From an uncultured delta proteobacterium (GTDB lineage: Bacteria; Desulfobacterota; Binatia; Binatales; Binataceae): a DNA stretch of 64,000 nt. The notes below the pieces were generated by a model that had not been told where the DNA came from, did no database searches, and saw only the letters and a program-made list of their open reading frames with translations. Position numbers and translations under genes: made by a program. Positions 49,805-58,687 of this stretch are shown one piece after another (position 1 is the first letter of the stretch; each line of letters opens with the position of its first letter). The stretch lies in contig CAWAMM010000009.1 in assembly GCA_963783145.1 (NCBI GenBank), forward strand, positions 287,717 through 351,716. The letters are read 5' to 3'.

Positions 49805-50147
49805 GCAGAAGAGCATCGACATCGACGGGCTTGTGCAGCACCGAGACCGCATCGATGCCCGCGGTCGCGGCGATCGCCGTGACCACCAGGACCGGAACCT
49901 TGGCGAGTTCGGGGTCCTCTTTTTGGCGCATGCGGAATTCCCATCCATCCATCACCGGCATCAGCAGGTCGAGGACGATGAGGTCGGGGCGGGGGCGCGC
50001 GGTCTTGAGAAATTCGAGCGCCTCCAGGCCGTTTTGCGCGCGCTGGACGTGGTAACCCTCGTATTCGAGGATGTCGCTGAGCGCTTCCATCGCGCCCCGG
50101 TCGTCATCGACAACCAGAATAGTGCCCTTTTGATGGCCGTTGGTCAT
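49779..50147 (-). CDS. Single-domain response regulator (CheY-like receiver only)
   Basis: ILVVDDD...DLIVLDLLMPVMDG...K receiver motifs; 122 aa. Confidence 0.8.
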   Translation of the reverse strand: MTNGHQKGTILVVDDDRGAMEALSDILEYEGYHVQRAQNGLEALEFLKTARPRPDLIVLDLLMPVMDGWEFRMRQKEDPELAKVPVLVVTAIAATAGIDAVSVLHKPVDVDALLRTVARYCD

Positions 50148-50882
50148 TTACCCCGATGGCGTCGCTGTCCCTGCCGAGTCTAGTTTTGGCAGTTTTACGA
50201 CAAAAGTCGAGCCCATGCCGGGGGTGCTGGAGACGCTGATGTCGCCATGATGGGCGCGGGCGATGGCGCGGGCGACCCAGAGGCCGATGCCGAATCTGAC
50301 GTTTGGCTCATCTTTACCGAGTTTTACGAAGCGTTCGAAGATGCGCTCCTGGTCGGCCTCGGCGATCCCGATGCCCTGGTCGACGACTTCGAGGCGGATG
50401 GCGTCGTGGTCGGCCTCCAGGCGTACCTCGATGGGGCGCTGGTTGCCATACAACATAGCATTAGAAATGAGATTATAAGCAACCTGAGCGAATCTTGCGC
50501 GATCGCCTCGGATGAGCAGGGAGGGCGGCATTGAGACAGAGATAGGTGGAGGATCGGCGGCATCATTGAGGGAGCTGACAACCTCGGTCAACTTCAGTGA
50601 AACATCGAAGTCTTCGACCTGAAGCTGTAACCTCCCCGCGGAGATTCGGCTGACATCCAACATCTCCTCAACGAGCCGTGCCAGTCTTGAGACTTGCACC
50701 GTAGCACGATTGATGCGAGATGCAACCTGCTCTGATGGGAGCGGATTCGCGCCGCTATGTCCTCGAAGCAGGCTGGCCAGCGTCAGATGCAACGCGTTGA
50801 GCGGATTGCGAAGCTCATGCGCCACGGCCGAAAAAAATTCGTCGCGCGCGAGGAGTTCAGACTCGAGGTTTTCTTTCACCAT
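50148..50882 (-). CDS. Sensor-less cytoplasmic histidine kinase (HisKA + HATPase_c only)
   Basis: H-box FFSAVAHELRNPLNAL at the N-terminus; N, G1, G2 boxes; 244 aa, no TM. Confidence 0.8.
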   Translation of the reverse strand: MVKENLESELLARDEFFSAVAHELRNPLNALHLTLASLLRGHSGANPLPSEQVASRINRATVQVSRLARLVEEMLDVSRISAGRLQLQVEDFDVSLKLTEVVSSLNDAADPPPISVSMPPSLLIRGDRARFAQVAYNLISNAMLYGNQRPIEVRLEADHDAIRLEVVDQGIGIAEADQERIFERFVKLGKDEPNVRFGIGLWVARAIARAHHGDISVSSTPGMGSTFVVKLPKLDSAGTATPSG

Positions 50883-50943
50883 AGTTGATGCTGTTTCACA
50901 TCCGCGATGCTTACCATGACGACGATTCCTACCCCTCCGCCAT

Positions 50944-51324
50944 TCACTTCGCCGTTCTTTCGATGCCCAGCAGCGTACGCACCAGGAACGATTCGCGCTT
51001 GAAAAACCCCATCGTGTGATACGAATCCTCCAGCTTCAGCATCGCATAGTCCAGGTAATGGCAAAGCTCATGCAACAAGGTCCGCAAAAAGGTCCGCGGC
51101 TTCACCACCTCATGGCGCTGCGCCGTGCGCATCCACAACACGATCTCCGGCGGCCGGCTGAGGCGAAACAGCCCATGCAGCTCCCCGCGCGCATTATGCG
51201 GCCGCACCCCGCGCACTTCCACCCGGATCGCCGCGACGCCGAACCCGCGGCATAGCTCGCTCATCAGCGCCGCCGCCCCCTCCTGCACATGCCGCAAGGT
51301 GCCCCCTTCCAGCGCGTCCTGCAA
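50944..51324 (-). CDS. DUF45/YgjP-like zinc metallohydrolase (possibly N-terminally truncated)
   Basis: HELCHYLDY...SYHTMGFF resembles the HExxH...H motif of YgjP/M48-like proteins; 126 aa is short for the family. Confidence 0.45.
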   Translation of the reverse strand: MQDALEGGTLRHVQEGAAALMSELCRGFGVAAIRVEVRGVRPHNARGELHGLFRLSRPPEIVLWMRTAQRHEVVKPRTFLRTLLHELCHYLDYAMLKLEDSYHTMGFFKRESFLVRTLLGIERTAK

Positions 51325-51539
51325 ATCGGCCAGCCGCCGCTTCGCCTCGAGGCCCGCCGCGAAGCCGTCGAATCCGGCAATCGAGTCGCTCTTTAGATAG
51401 CAACGCTGCGCGCGCTGGGGCAGCTTGTAGAAGAAGGCCGGCAGGCGTTTGGGCGCCTCGCGATGCGGTCCCGGTACTTTTAGATACTCGTCGATGGGAT
51501 TTCTCGCCTCGATGGCATCTTCTTATCATGTCGATGGGA

Positions 51540-51790
51540 TTTCCTACAGCAGGATGCGGAGGCGCGTGCGCCAATGGCGCCCGCGCATCGAGGATTCCGA
51601 AAAACAGAGAAGAGCAGAGCAAAGAAGAGCAGAGAAGAGCAGAGAAGAGCAGAGAAGAGGGGAGGGATGGCACGCCGGTCGCAAAGAGAAACCGAGCGCG
51701 ACCGCCGCGCCATCCCGCCCCGCCGCCCACTCGCGGTCACGATGGTCGCAAGATGAAGAGCGACCACCGCGACCGCCGCGCCATCCCCCC
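51540..51790 (-). repeat. Inverted copy C of the 192-bp repeat, interrupted by a 10-bp microsatellite
   Basis: Reverse-complement alignment to copy B on both sides of the (gagaagagca)n tract at ~51606-51658. Confidence 0.7.
51606..51658. repeat. Tandem 10-bp repeat (gagaagagca) x ~5
   Basis: Direct reading of sequence. Confidence 0.8.
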
Positions 51791-51931
51791 ATCTTCTTTT
51801 CTGTCATCCCGAGCGAGCCTTGCCAGTCGCCAAGCGAGCGAAGCGAGCGCGTACCAGGGACCTCCGCGCAGCGAGGGTGCCTGCTCTGGAACGGCTTGCG
51901 CGAAAGTCGGCGGAGCGGTTTACTTCTTGGT

Positions 51932-52156
51932 GTGAGGTTTGAAAAGTACATCACCGTCAAGCCCGGGGTTCGCAACGGCAAGCCTTGCCTCAAAGGAACC
52001 CGCATCACGGTCACCGACGTGCTCGAATATCTTGCCGGCGGGATGACCGAGGCGCAGATCCTGGCCGACTTCCCCGCGCTTAAACCTGAGCACATCCGAG
52101 CATGCCTCGCTTTCGCCGCCGCACGGGAACGCCGCCTCGCGAGCAGCGCGGCGTAA
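51932..52156 (+). CDS. DUF433-domain protein (putative antitoxin of DUF433/DUF5615 pair), GTG start
   Basis: YITVKPGVRNGKPCLKGTRITVTDVLEYLAGGMTEAQILADFPALKPEHIRACLAFAA is a classic DUF433 sequence. Confidence 0.65.
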   Translation: MRFEKYITVKPGVRNGKPCLKGTRITVTDVLEYLAGGMTEAQILADFPALKPEHIRACLAFAAARERRLASSAA

Positions 52157-52506
52157 AGCTGCTGCTCGACGAGAACCTCAGCTATCGGCTGGCGGCCCAA
52201 CTCGAAACTGGCTTCCCCGGCACTCGGCATGTCGATGCGGTCGGGCTTGGTGCCAAATCAGATGCCAGGATATGGGAGTATGCGGGTGACAATGGTTTCA
52301 CCGTGGTCTCGAAGGATGACGATTTTCGCCAGCTCAGTTTTCTGCACGGCGCGCCGCCGAAAGTCGTTTGGCTCGAAGTCGCTAACGCTTCGACGCAAAA
52401 GATCCTGCGCCTACTGAATGCCCGGCGGCCGGCGATCGAGGCCTTCGCCCGAGACGATGAGGAAGCGCTTCTCATCCTGAAGCTTCCGCGCGGTCCGAGG
52501 CGATAA
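52102..52506 (+). CDS. DUF5615-family PIN-like nuclease (putative toxin); start uncertain
   Basis: KLLLDENLSYRL...FTVVSKDDDF, conserved acidic residues of PIN-like Mut7-C fold; overlaps/abuts the DUF433 gene. Confidence 0.6.
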   Translation: MPRFRRRTGTPPREQRGVKLLLDENLSYRLAAQLETGFPGTRHVDAVGLGAKSDARIWEYAGDNGFTVVSKDDDFRQLSFLHGAPPKVVWLEVANASTQKILRLLNARRPAIEAFARDDEEALLILKLPRGPRR

Positions 52507-52590
52507 GATCTACAACTCCGCCGCGCCATCCCGCCCCCCTCCGGCCTTGGCCCTTTCGCAATTTTGCGAAACCTGCCAGGATGATCTGCG

Positions 52591-52971
52591 GTGCCGCGAA
52601 CCAGAGTGGTCTTTTACCGCGAGGCTGACGGGGCAGTTCCCCTGCTCGATTGGTTTGATGGGCTTCCGACCAAAGCCCAGGACAAATGCCGGATCAAAAT
52701 CCAGCGGCTAGCGGAACTGGGATATGAATTGCGGCGACCCGAGGCAGATCTGCTCCGCGACGGTATTCATGGATTGCGCGTTGGACTCCACCACGTAAAC
52801 TATCGGATTCTTTATTTCTTTTCCGGACGAGAGGCAGTCATTTTGGCGCACGGCTTGACCAAACTGAACCGAGTTCCTGAGACAGCGATCGAAACAGCGC
52901 TCAAGCGAAAACGAAACTTTGAGCAAGATGCCGAGCTTCACACATTGGAAGAGCCGCACGCCCGCTCTTGA
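52591..52971 (+). CDS. higB: HigB-like (Gp49/RelE-ParE superfamily) toxin
   Basis: RILYFFSGREAVILAHGLTK motif of Gp49-like killer proteins; HTH gene 10 nt downstream. Confidence 0.65.
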   Translation: MPRTRVVFYREADGAVPLLDWFDGLPTKAQDKCRIKIQRLAELGYELRRPEADLLRDGIHGLRVGLHHVNYRILYFFSGREAVILAHGLTKLNRVPETAIETALKRKRNFEQDAELHTLEEPHARS

Positions 52972-52981
52972 GGCAACTCAC

Positions 52982-53317
52982 ATGAAACGATCAGGTAAAA
53001 AATCTCTGACCAGCGACGCCATCGAAATAATTCATCGCCGCTACTACCAGGGCCGTCCCCAGCGAATCGCCGGCTTGGCCGAAGCGGAAGCCAACGACAC
53101 GGTGGCGCGCAAAATTTATCGAATCCGCAAGCGCGCAGGGCTCACTCAGCAACAACTGGCCAAGCTGGTCAGCACCACTACCTCGGTCATTTCGAGGCTG
53201 GAAGACGCCGATTACGAAGGGCACTCGCTGACGATGCTGCACCGCATCGCCGCGGCGTTGGACAAGCGGCTTGAGGTTCGCTTCGTGAGCGTCGGGCGCA
53301 AGACGAGAGTGGCATAG
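52982..53317 (+). CDS. higA: HigA-like XRE-family HTH antitoxin
   Basis: RKRAGLTQQQLAKLVSTTTSVISRLE HTH_3 motif; ATG 10 nt after higB stop. Confidence 0.65.
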   Translation: MKRSGKKSLTSDAIEIIHRRYYQGRPQRIAGLAEAEANDTVARKIYRIRKRAGLTQQQLAKLVSTTTSVISRLEDADYEGHSLTMLHRIAAALDKRLEVRFVSVGRKTRVA

Positions 53318-53402
53318 GGAAGGGTGCCCACCCCGCTCATCTGCAAGTGGCGCAGACTTCAGTCTGTGCTTCCAAATCCACAAAGGACACAGGCTGAAGC
53401 CT

Positions 53403-53696
53403 GTGCTACCTTCAGAGCTGATTTGTCGTCATGAAAAGCGCCTGCCAAAATTCAAGAATGAGGATGCGGAACGGAAGTTCTGGGCCTCGCACGATTCGAC
53501 CGAATACATCGATTGGCGTGGGGGCAAGCGCACCATCTTTCCCAATTTGAAGCCGACCTCGCAGACGATTTCCCTGCGCCTGCCCAAACCGATGCTCGAG
53601 CGCCTCAAGCAACTCGCGAATAAGAGAGATGTTCCCTATCAATCATTATTGAAGATGTTCGTCGCGGATCGGCTCAAAGCCGAATTGGGCGATTGA
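53403..53696 (+). CDS. brnA: BrnA/CopG-like antitoxin-family protein, orphan (no BrnT/DUF497 partner)
   Basis: KFKNEDAERKFWASHDSTEYIDW...ISLRLPKPMLERLKQLANKRDVPYQSLLKMFVADRL matches the recalled BrnA-type antitoxin family. Confidence 0.6.
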   Translation: MLPSELICRHEKRLPKFKNEDAERKFWASHDSTEYIDWRGGKRTIFPNLKPTSQTISLRLPKPMLERLKQLANKRDVPYQSLLKMFVADRLKAELGD

Positions 53697-53809
53697 GGTT
53701 GTCCGCGCGACCTTCCGATCTTTGCGCTTGAGCGAGCCCCACTTTTTGTCATTCTGAGGTGAGCGCGCAGCGCACCGCCGAAGAATCTCGATCCTTGCGA
53801 ACACCACCG

Positions 53810-53950
53810 CCTCGCGTGGCGACCGTTACCATCTCGCGCCCGCCCGCGCATCGAGGATTTCCCGACCGCGCGGCTCCGCAGGCAGGGATGGCACGCCGGT
53901 CGCAAAGAGAAACCGAGCGCGACCGCCGCGCCATCCCGCCCCCCGCCGCT
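53810..53950 (-). repeat. Partial inverted copy D of the 192-bp repeat
   Basis: ...ggatggcacgccggtcgcaaagagaaaccgagcgcgaccgccgcgccatcccgcc aligns to the reverse complement of copy B. Confidence 0.6.
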
Positions 53951-53995
53951 CTGCATTGGCTACTCTTCCGACATTCAAACTTGCGCCCAAATTGA

Positions 53996-54421
53996 CTACC
54001 GAGCGGCCGTGTGGGCCTCGCGAAGCCGTCTCTCTTCTTCCGCCTTCGTGGCTTCGCGGGTCAGGCGCTCAGCACGGTCTTGCTGTGCGATTCGGCGTCC
54101 GAAAGTGAAGACAAAAATCCCCGCTGCAATAGCCACCCACAGCGGCATCAGCGAGACAATCACAAATGGCGTGAAAAACTGTGACATCGTTAACGCGGCT
54201 CACCGGCGACGTTCCAAAACCATACCGAACCACTCCAGAAATGCGCTGCCGATGACGCCCGCGACAAGAATTACCATAATCTGAACTCGCGAAAGAGACA
54301 ATTGATCCTCCGCGATGCCGAGCCCTAAATCCAAAGGTATGAAGACCAGAAACAGAACTGCCGCCTCACGAAAGGTGTCGCCGAGCATCTCGGCGTTTCC
54401 CCTTGGCGCATGTTCATCCAC
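53996..54421 (-). CDS. Two small adjacent membrane-protein ORFs (73 aa + 63 aa), possibly a disrupted single gene
   Basis: Hydrophobic helices in both ORFs (54200-54421 and 53996-54187), only a 12-nt gap between them; no motif recognised. Confidence 0.25.
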
Positions 54422-54487
54422 AAACAGTCGTGATACCAGAACGATCAGTTAGCCACAAGCGTAAAAATCACTCCCTCTGGATGTCAA

Positions 54488-54619
54488 ACGATTTCCCTGC
54501 GCCTGCCCAAACCGATGCTCGAGCGCCTCAAGCAACTCGCGAATAAGAGAGATGTTCCCTATCAATCATTATTGAAGATGTTCGTCGCGGATCGGCTCAA
54601 GGCCGAATTGGGCGATTGA
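54488..54619 (+). pseudogene. Duplicated 3' fragment of the brnA-like gene (part of a ~237-bp segmental duplication)
   Basis: 54488-54727 is near-identical to 53564-53800; it encodes ...ISLRLPKPMLERLKQLANKRDVPYQSLLKMFVADRLKAELGD* without a 5' half. Confidence 0.6.
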
Positions 54620-54962
54620 GGTTGTCCGCGCGACCTTCCGATCTTTGCGCTTGAGCGAGCCCCACTTTTTGTCATTCTGAGGTGAGCGCGCAGCGCGCAG
54701 CGGAAGAATCTCGATCCTCGCGAATGCAACCGTCGCACGCGAAAACCGCCCCGCTCGGATTCTCCACTCTCTGTCATTCCGGGGGAGCCTTGCGAGTCGA
54801 AGGATCTACGCGAAGCGTCGACCTATACGGCCCGCAACTACCCGAACGGCGCCGCCGCTCGAGTCTTTGTTGCCCTAGGTAGACCCCAGCAAATAAAGAA
54901 TCCCCTCCTCGGCCGTACGTCTCACACGCTCAAACAGACCCTCGTCTTTCCCAAGCAGGCTT

Positions 54963-56042
54963 GTGAATTTAAGACTTGGCCATTCAACCCGGTTGGGTTG
55001 CGCAGCGGGCAAAAGTCTGGCTTCCTCGAAGAGAGGTGCAAAGAAATTGATCTCAGAAAGTGACGCGGATCACGCATACGTTCGCCTCAAGGAGCTGCTA
55101 GAGAAGAAGGCCCTCTTTCGTCGTTCAGATCCAAAGCTAAGCGAGGCCGACACTCGCGCTAAATTGATCGATCCCCTCTTCCGCGATGTCCTCGGATGGC
55201 CGGAAGTAGAAATCCGAAGAGAAAAGCCGGTTGACAGCGGGTTCGCGGACTATGTTTTAGGTGCGGACGTAGCGTTCCTATTGGTCGAGGCAAAGAGGAC
55301 CAATCCACGTTTTCACATAGATGCGCCAACCCGACCGCGGAAGGTGCGCTTGGACGGGCCCCACCTCTTGGGGCAAAAAAAAGTGAAACCTCTCATAGAG
55401 CAGGTACAGGCTTATGCGAGCTCGCAGGGGGCTCAGTTCGCGATTCTGACAAATGGATCTCAGTTAGTGATTTTCAAGCCCTATCTTCCCGGGCGTTCTT
55501 GGTCGACTGGAACCGCCATCGTATTTCATGACCACGACGACATCGTCCAAGACTTCGCGCTGTTCCACCGGCTGCTTTCAAGAGATCGGGTCTATGCAGG
55601 TTCCCTGTTGGAGGAGTTCGAACAAATCGAAGGCATCACTACAACGTTCTATACGCCAATACAATTTCTCGATGATCCTGATGCCGAATTAGTACGAAAT
55701 CCGCTCTGGATAAAGATCGCGACCGTGTTAAGTCCCCTGTTCACCGACAATTTTGAAGATCCAGCTTTGCAACGCGAGATAATTGAAAATTGCTACGTGA
55801 CCACACCGCTCTCTGACCAAGCAGACGCTAGTCTCGACCGAAGGATAAGAGACACGCTCCCTATCAGCCTGAAAAACGCCGGAATTCAGGAGCTGGCACC
55901 CGGCTCCGGAATGCACAGCGCCTTCGGCCAGGGTTTAGAAAAGGACATTAGTATCCTCTCGTCGTCCAGGTACTTACGTTCTGACCGGCGGAGTGGGGAG
56001 CGGGAAGACAACGTTTTTGCGGCGTTTCGTCATGATTGGTAG
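54963..56042 (+). CDS. HsdR_N/Mrr-like PD-(D/E)xK restriction-endonuclease-fold protein
   Basis: SEADTRAKLIDPLFRDVLGW...ADYVLG...FLLVEAKR...AQFAILTNGSQLVIF matches the HsdR N-terminal nuclease domain pattern. The last ~20 aa are R-rich and look off-frame. Confidence 0.6.
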   Translation: MNLRLGHSTRLGCAAGKSLASSKRGAKKLISESDADHAYVRLKELLEKKALFRRSDPKLSEADTRAKLIDPLFRDVLGWPEVEIRREKPVDSGFADYVLGADVAFLLVEAKRTNPRFHIDAPTRPRKVRLDGPHLLGQKKVKPLIEQVQAYASSQGAQFAILTNGSQLVIFKPYLPGRSWSTGTAIVFHDHDDIVQDFALFHRLLSRDRVYAGSLLEEFEQIEGITTTFYTPIQFLDDPDAELVRNPLWIKIATVLSPLFTDNFEDPALQREIIENCYVTTPLSDQADASLDRRIRDTLPISLKNAGIQELAPGSGMHSAFGQGLEKDISILSSSRYLRSDRRSGEREDNVFAAFRHDW

Positions 56043-57513
56043 AGGATTTGTTGAGAACTACTGCATCTGGACACACGTCGACTTCCTTCCGTTTGGAAAT
56101 ATCGACCAAAACGTGGTCGATTCAGAAGTCCGCAGTTTTGTCTACCGACAAATCAGAAACGAGTTGGTGCGTTTGTATTCATCCAATATCCCGAGCAGCG
56201 GTTCGGAAATCCGTCAGCTGTTCTCAAGCGAGCTCGAGCGAGCGGAGAGAACGAAGCTTTATTCGATACCTCCAGATTCTCCAGAGTGGACCAAAGAAGT
56301 GAACGCTATCGTCGAGGCGCTTTATTCCGACGATGCGGCATTCGTAGACGCTCTTTTGAGAAAATTCGTCACCGGCGGTCTTCGACCGGTTTTCGTCTTA
56401 GATAACACCGATCAGTTGGGAGAACAATTTCAGGAAAGAGTTTTCCTTCTAGCCCAGAAGCTATCTCAGGAGCATAAGGCTCTTTCGATCGTAGCCTTGC
56501 GGGAAGAAAAGTTTTTTGCCGCTTTCCGACGCGGCATCTTCGATGCCTTTGGAGATAGGAGGTTTCATATTGGTTCGCCGGATCTCCGTAAGGTTCTCCA
56601 AAGGCGGCTCAACTACGGCCGCGAGAAGTTCCAACGGATCATGCAGGAAGGAAATTACCTGTCTAAGGAGGAGCTGCTAGATATTGATACCCTGCTGGAT
56701 GTACTCATTCGGTCCACCACTTCAGGTAATGCGAACATAGTTCGGATGCTGGCCTGTGTATCTAACGGCGACATGAGACATGCCCTTGATATGTTCCGGG
56801 AGTTCGTCAGTTCCGGAAACACCAACGTTAGTAAGATTATGAGTATAGGACGCGGCTACAAGGTGGCATTTCATGAGTTCGCCAAGTCAGCGATTCTCGG
56901 CTCCCGAAAGTACTATCGTAGCAACGTTTCGCACGTAGTAAATCTGCTTAAACCCTCGGCTGCTCGCCGGGCATCTCACTTGACTGCCATCAGAACACTA
57001 GCGAGACTTTCTCGCGCTGAAGAGGCTTCGTCACCCCACGGGGAGGGTTTTGTAAAGACAAAATCGCTTTTGCGAGAATACCGAGAATCGTTCGGTATTG
57101 CGGAGGACTTTCAAGAATGGGCCAACGAGCTCTTGCTACGTGGTCTCATAGAATCGGAGCCTCCACGGGTCGAAGGACTGGATAAGGCCGAGGCGCTAAG
57201 AATTACCGCGTCGGGAGCTTACTATTGGAAGTATCTTGTTCGAGCGTTTGCGTACATGGACTTGGTGTTTGTCGATACGCCCATCGAGGACAAGAATCTA
57301 GCCCACGAGCTCGCAAACCTCTCGGACGAGAACGACATGCCAGCTCGCTTTAAGAGGGTTCGGCTGTTTATGGACTACCTTGAAAAAGAGGAGAGGAGGG
57401 AGCTTTTGGAGGCAGCCCGGCGGACGGGACCTTATCAGGAGTCGCTGATGGGCCAAGTTCGAGAGCAGATCGAGGAGGAGATCCGCGTGATATCCAGCAA
57501 ACTGGATCTCTAA
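55993..57513 (+). CDS. P-loop NTPase (Walker A/B) with large C-terminal helical domain; probably the C-terminal part of a frameshifted fusion
   Basis: Frame continues upstream to stop at 55936 as RRPGTYVLTGGVGSGKTTFLRRF (Walker A); Walker B VFVLDNTDQ; GTG start lies inside the P-loop. Confidence 0.65.
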   Translation: MGSGKTTFLRRFVMIGRGFVENYCIWTHVDFLPFGNIDQNVVDSEVRSFVYRQIRNELVRLYSSNIPSSGSEIRQLFSSELERAERTKLYSIPPDSPEWTKEVNAIVEALYSDDAAFVDALLRKFVTGGLRPVFVLDNTDQLGEQFQERVFLLAQKLSQEHKALSIVALREEKFFAAFRRGIFDAFGDRRFHIGSPDLRKVLQRRLNYGREKFQRIMQEGNYLSKEELLDIDTLLDVLIRSTTSGNANIVRMLACVSNGDMRHALDMFREFVSSGNTNVSKIMSIGRGYKVAFHEFAKSAILGSRKYYRSNVSHVVNLLKPSAARRASHLTAIRTLARLSRAEEASSPHGEGFVKTKSLLREYRESFGIAEDFQEWANELLLRGLIESEPPRVEGLDKAEALRITASGAYYWKYLVRAFAYMDLVFVDTPIEDKNLAHELANLSDENDMPARFKRVRLFMDYLEKEERRELLEAARRTGPYQESLMGQVREQIEEEIRVISSKLDL

Positions 57514-58018
57514 GTCCGGTGGAATTACAATCATGGTGCGCGCAACGATCGAGATTTTTCGGCGGCGCGCTGCGCGCGCCGCGGAATGACATGAGGCAGA
57601 AGCAGCCTCGCTCGGGTGACAGACGAGGAAAGCATGGCAGCCGACGAAGATTCTAAGCGAGCGGTGGGTGAACCGCCCCTATCAAGAATTGGCTACAGGA
57701 TTTGTCCGGAGACCAGAATTCCGAAGTCGCGCGCGGCGCGCTGAATAAGGTCCCACTCCAGCGCCATCAGATGGCGCAACCTCTCCCATCGGGAGAGGGG
57801 CAGGCACATCGCTGCGCGGAGGTCCCTCGCCTCGCAAGGCTCGCTCGGGATGACATACGGCGGTTGTGGTCGCCGCGAAAATCCTGGGGCGCGCAACAAT
57901 CGAGATTCTTCGGCTGCGCGCTTTGCGCTCCCCTCATGTAATTTCCACTGGATCGCGTTTTCATCATTCGCACGCTATTCTTTCCGCGATTTATCGCGCG
58001 GTATTTTTCGGCGCGCGA

Positions 58019-58552
58019 ATGATGGAGGACCTGAAGGAAATGTTTTGCCGTTCTCGCGATGTAGCTGCTCTTCCGATCCTGTGCCTGGCGATGCTGGCGC
58101 TGGCGGCGTGCGCATCCAACACCGCCACGCCCGCGCCTCCTCCCTTCAACCCCACGGCCGGGTTTCCCGTGCAGCCTCCGGTCGTTCCGAACCTCAATCA
58201 ACAGATTCTGGGCAATTGGTCCGCGAGCTATCCCGGCGGGCCGTTTCGCGTGGCGATTCAAAACGATCCGCTGCTCGGTGGCACCAACTATATTGCCACC
58301 CTCATCGATGGCGGATATGGCAGCTTTCATGCCGGCTCCATCGTATTCAAGGCGACGCCCGATCAAGTCGTCCCGAATCTCGTAGTTGGAACGCAAAAGT
58401 GTCCGGACCCTGGTTACGCCGGGCCTTATGACGTGTCGATGACGATAACTGTCATCGATGCCAACGATTTCACCGAAGACCTGGTGCATAAGACTGCTTG
58501 CCATGGGTTTCCGGTGAAGTTCACCCGGATCGCTGCGTCCGGGTCACCCTAA
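58019..58552 (+). CDS. Lipoprotein of unknown function
   Basis: Signal peptide with lipobox LAAC; P-rich linker. Confidence 0.5.
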   Translation: MMEDLKEMFCRSRDVAALPILCLAMLALAACASNTATPAPPPFNPTAGFPVQPPVVPNLNQQILGNWSASYPGGPFRVAIQNDPLLGGTNYIATLIDGGYGSFHAGSIVFKATPDQVVPNLVVGTQKCPDPGYAGPYDVSMTITVIDANDFTEDLVHKTACHGFPVKFTRIAASGSP

Positions 58553-58687
58553 GAAAGTTGTCTTTTTCCTTTTTCCCTCTCCTGAAGGGAGAGGGTGGCG
58601 CTACTGCGCCGGGTGAGGTCTGCCAATGACGGCCTCGTCCCGTTGTGTTACAACCGTGCGGCAAGATCCGATGCAGGGGAACTTGTG

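Noticed and set aside
49779-50882. Possibility that the sensor-less HK + REC-only protein are a Detocs-like defensive two-component system.
   Set aside because: No third gene with a receiver plus effector domain is present. The adjacent DUF45 hydrolase has no receiver domain. Too little evidence, so kept only as an HK-RR-DUF45 neighbourhood note.
51596-51665. Short tandem repeat that could be mistaken for a CRISPR array.
   Set aside because: The unit is only 10 bp, with no spacers, no cas genes, and it is embedded inside a MITE-like repeat copy. It is a microsatellite, not a CRISPR.
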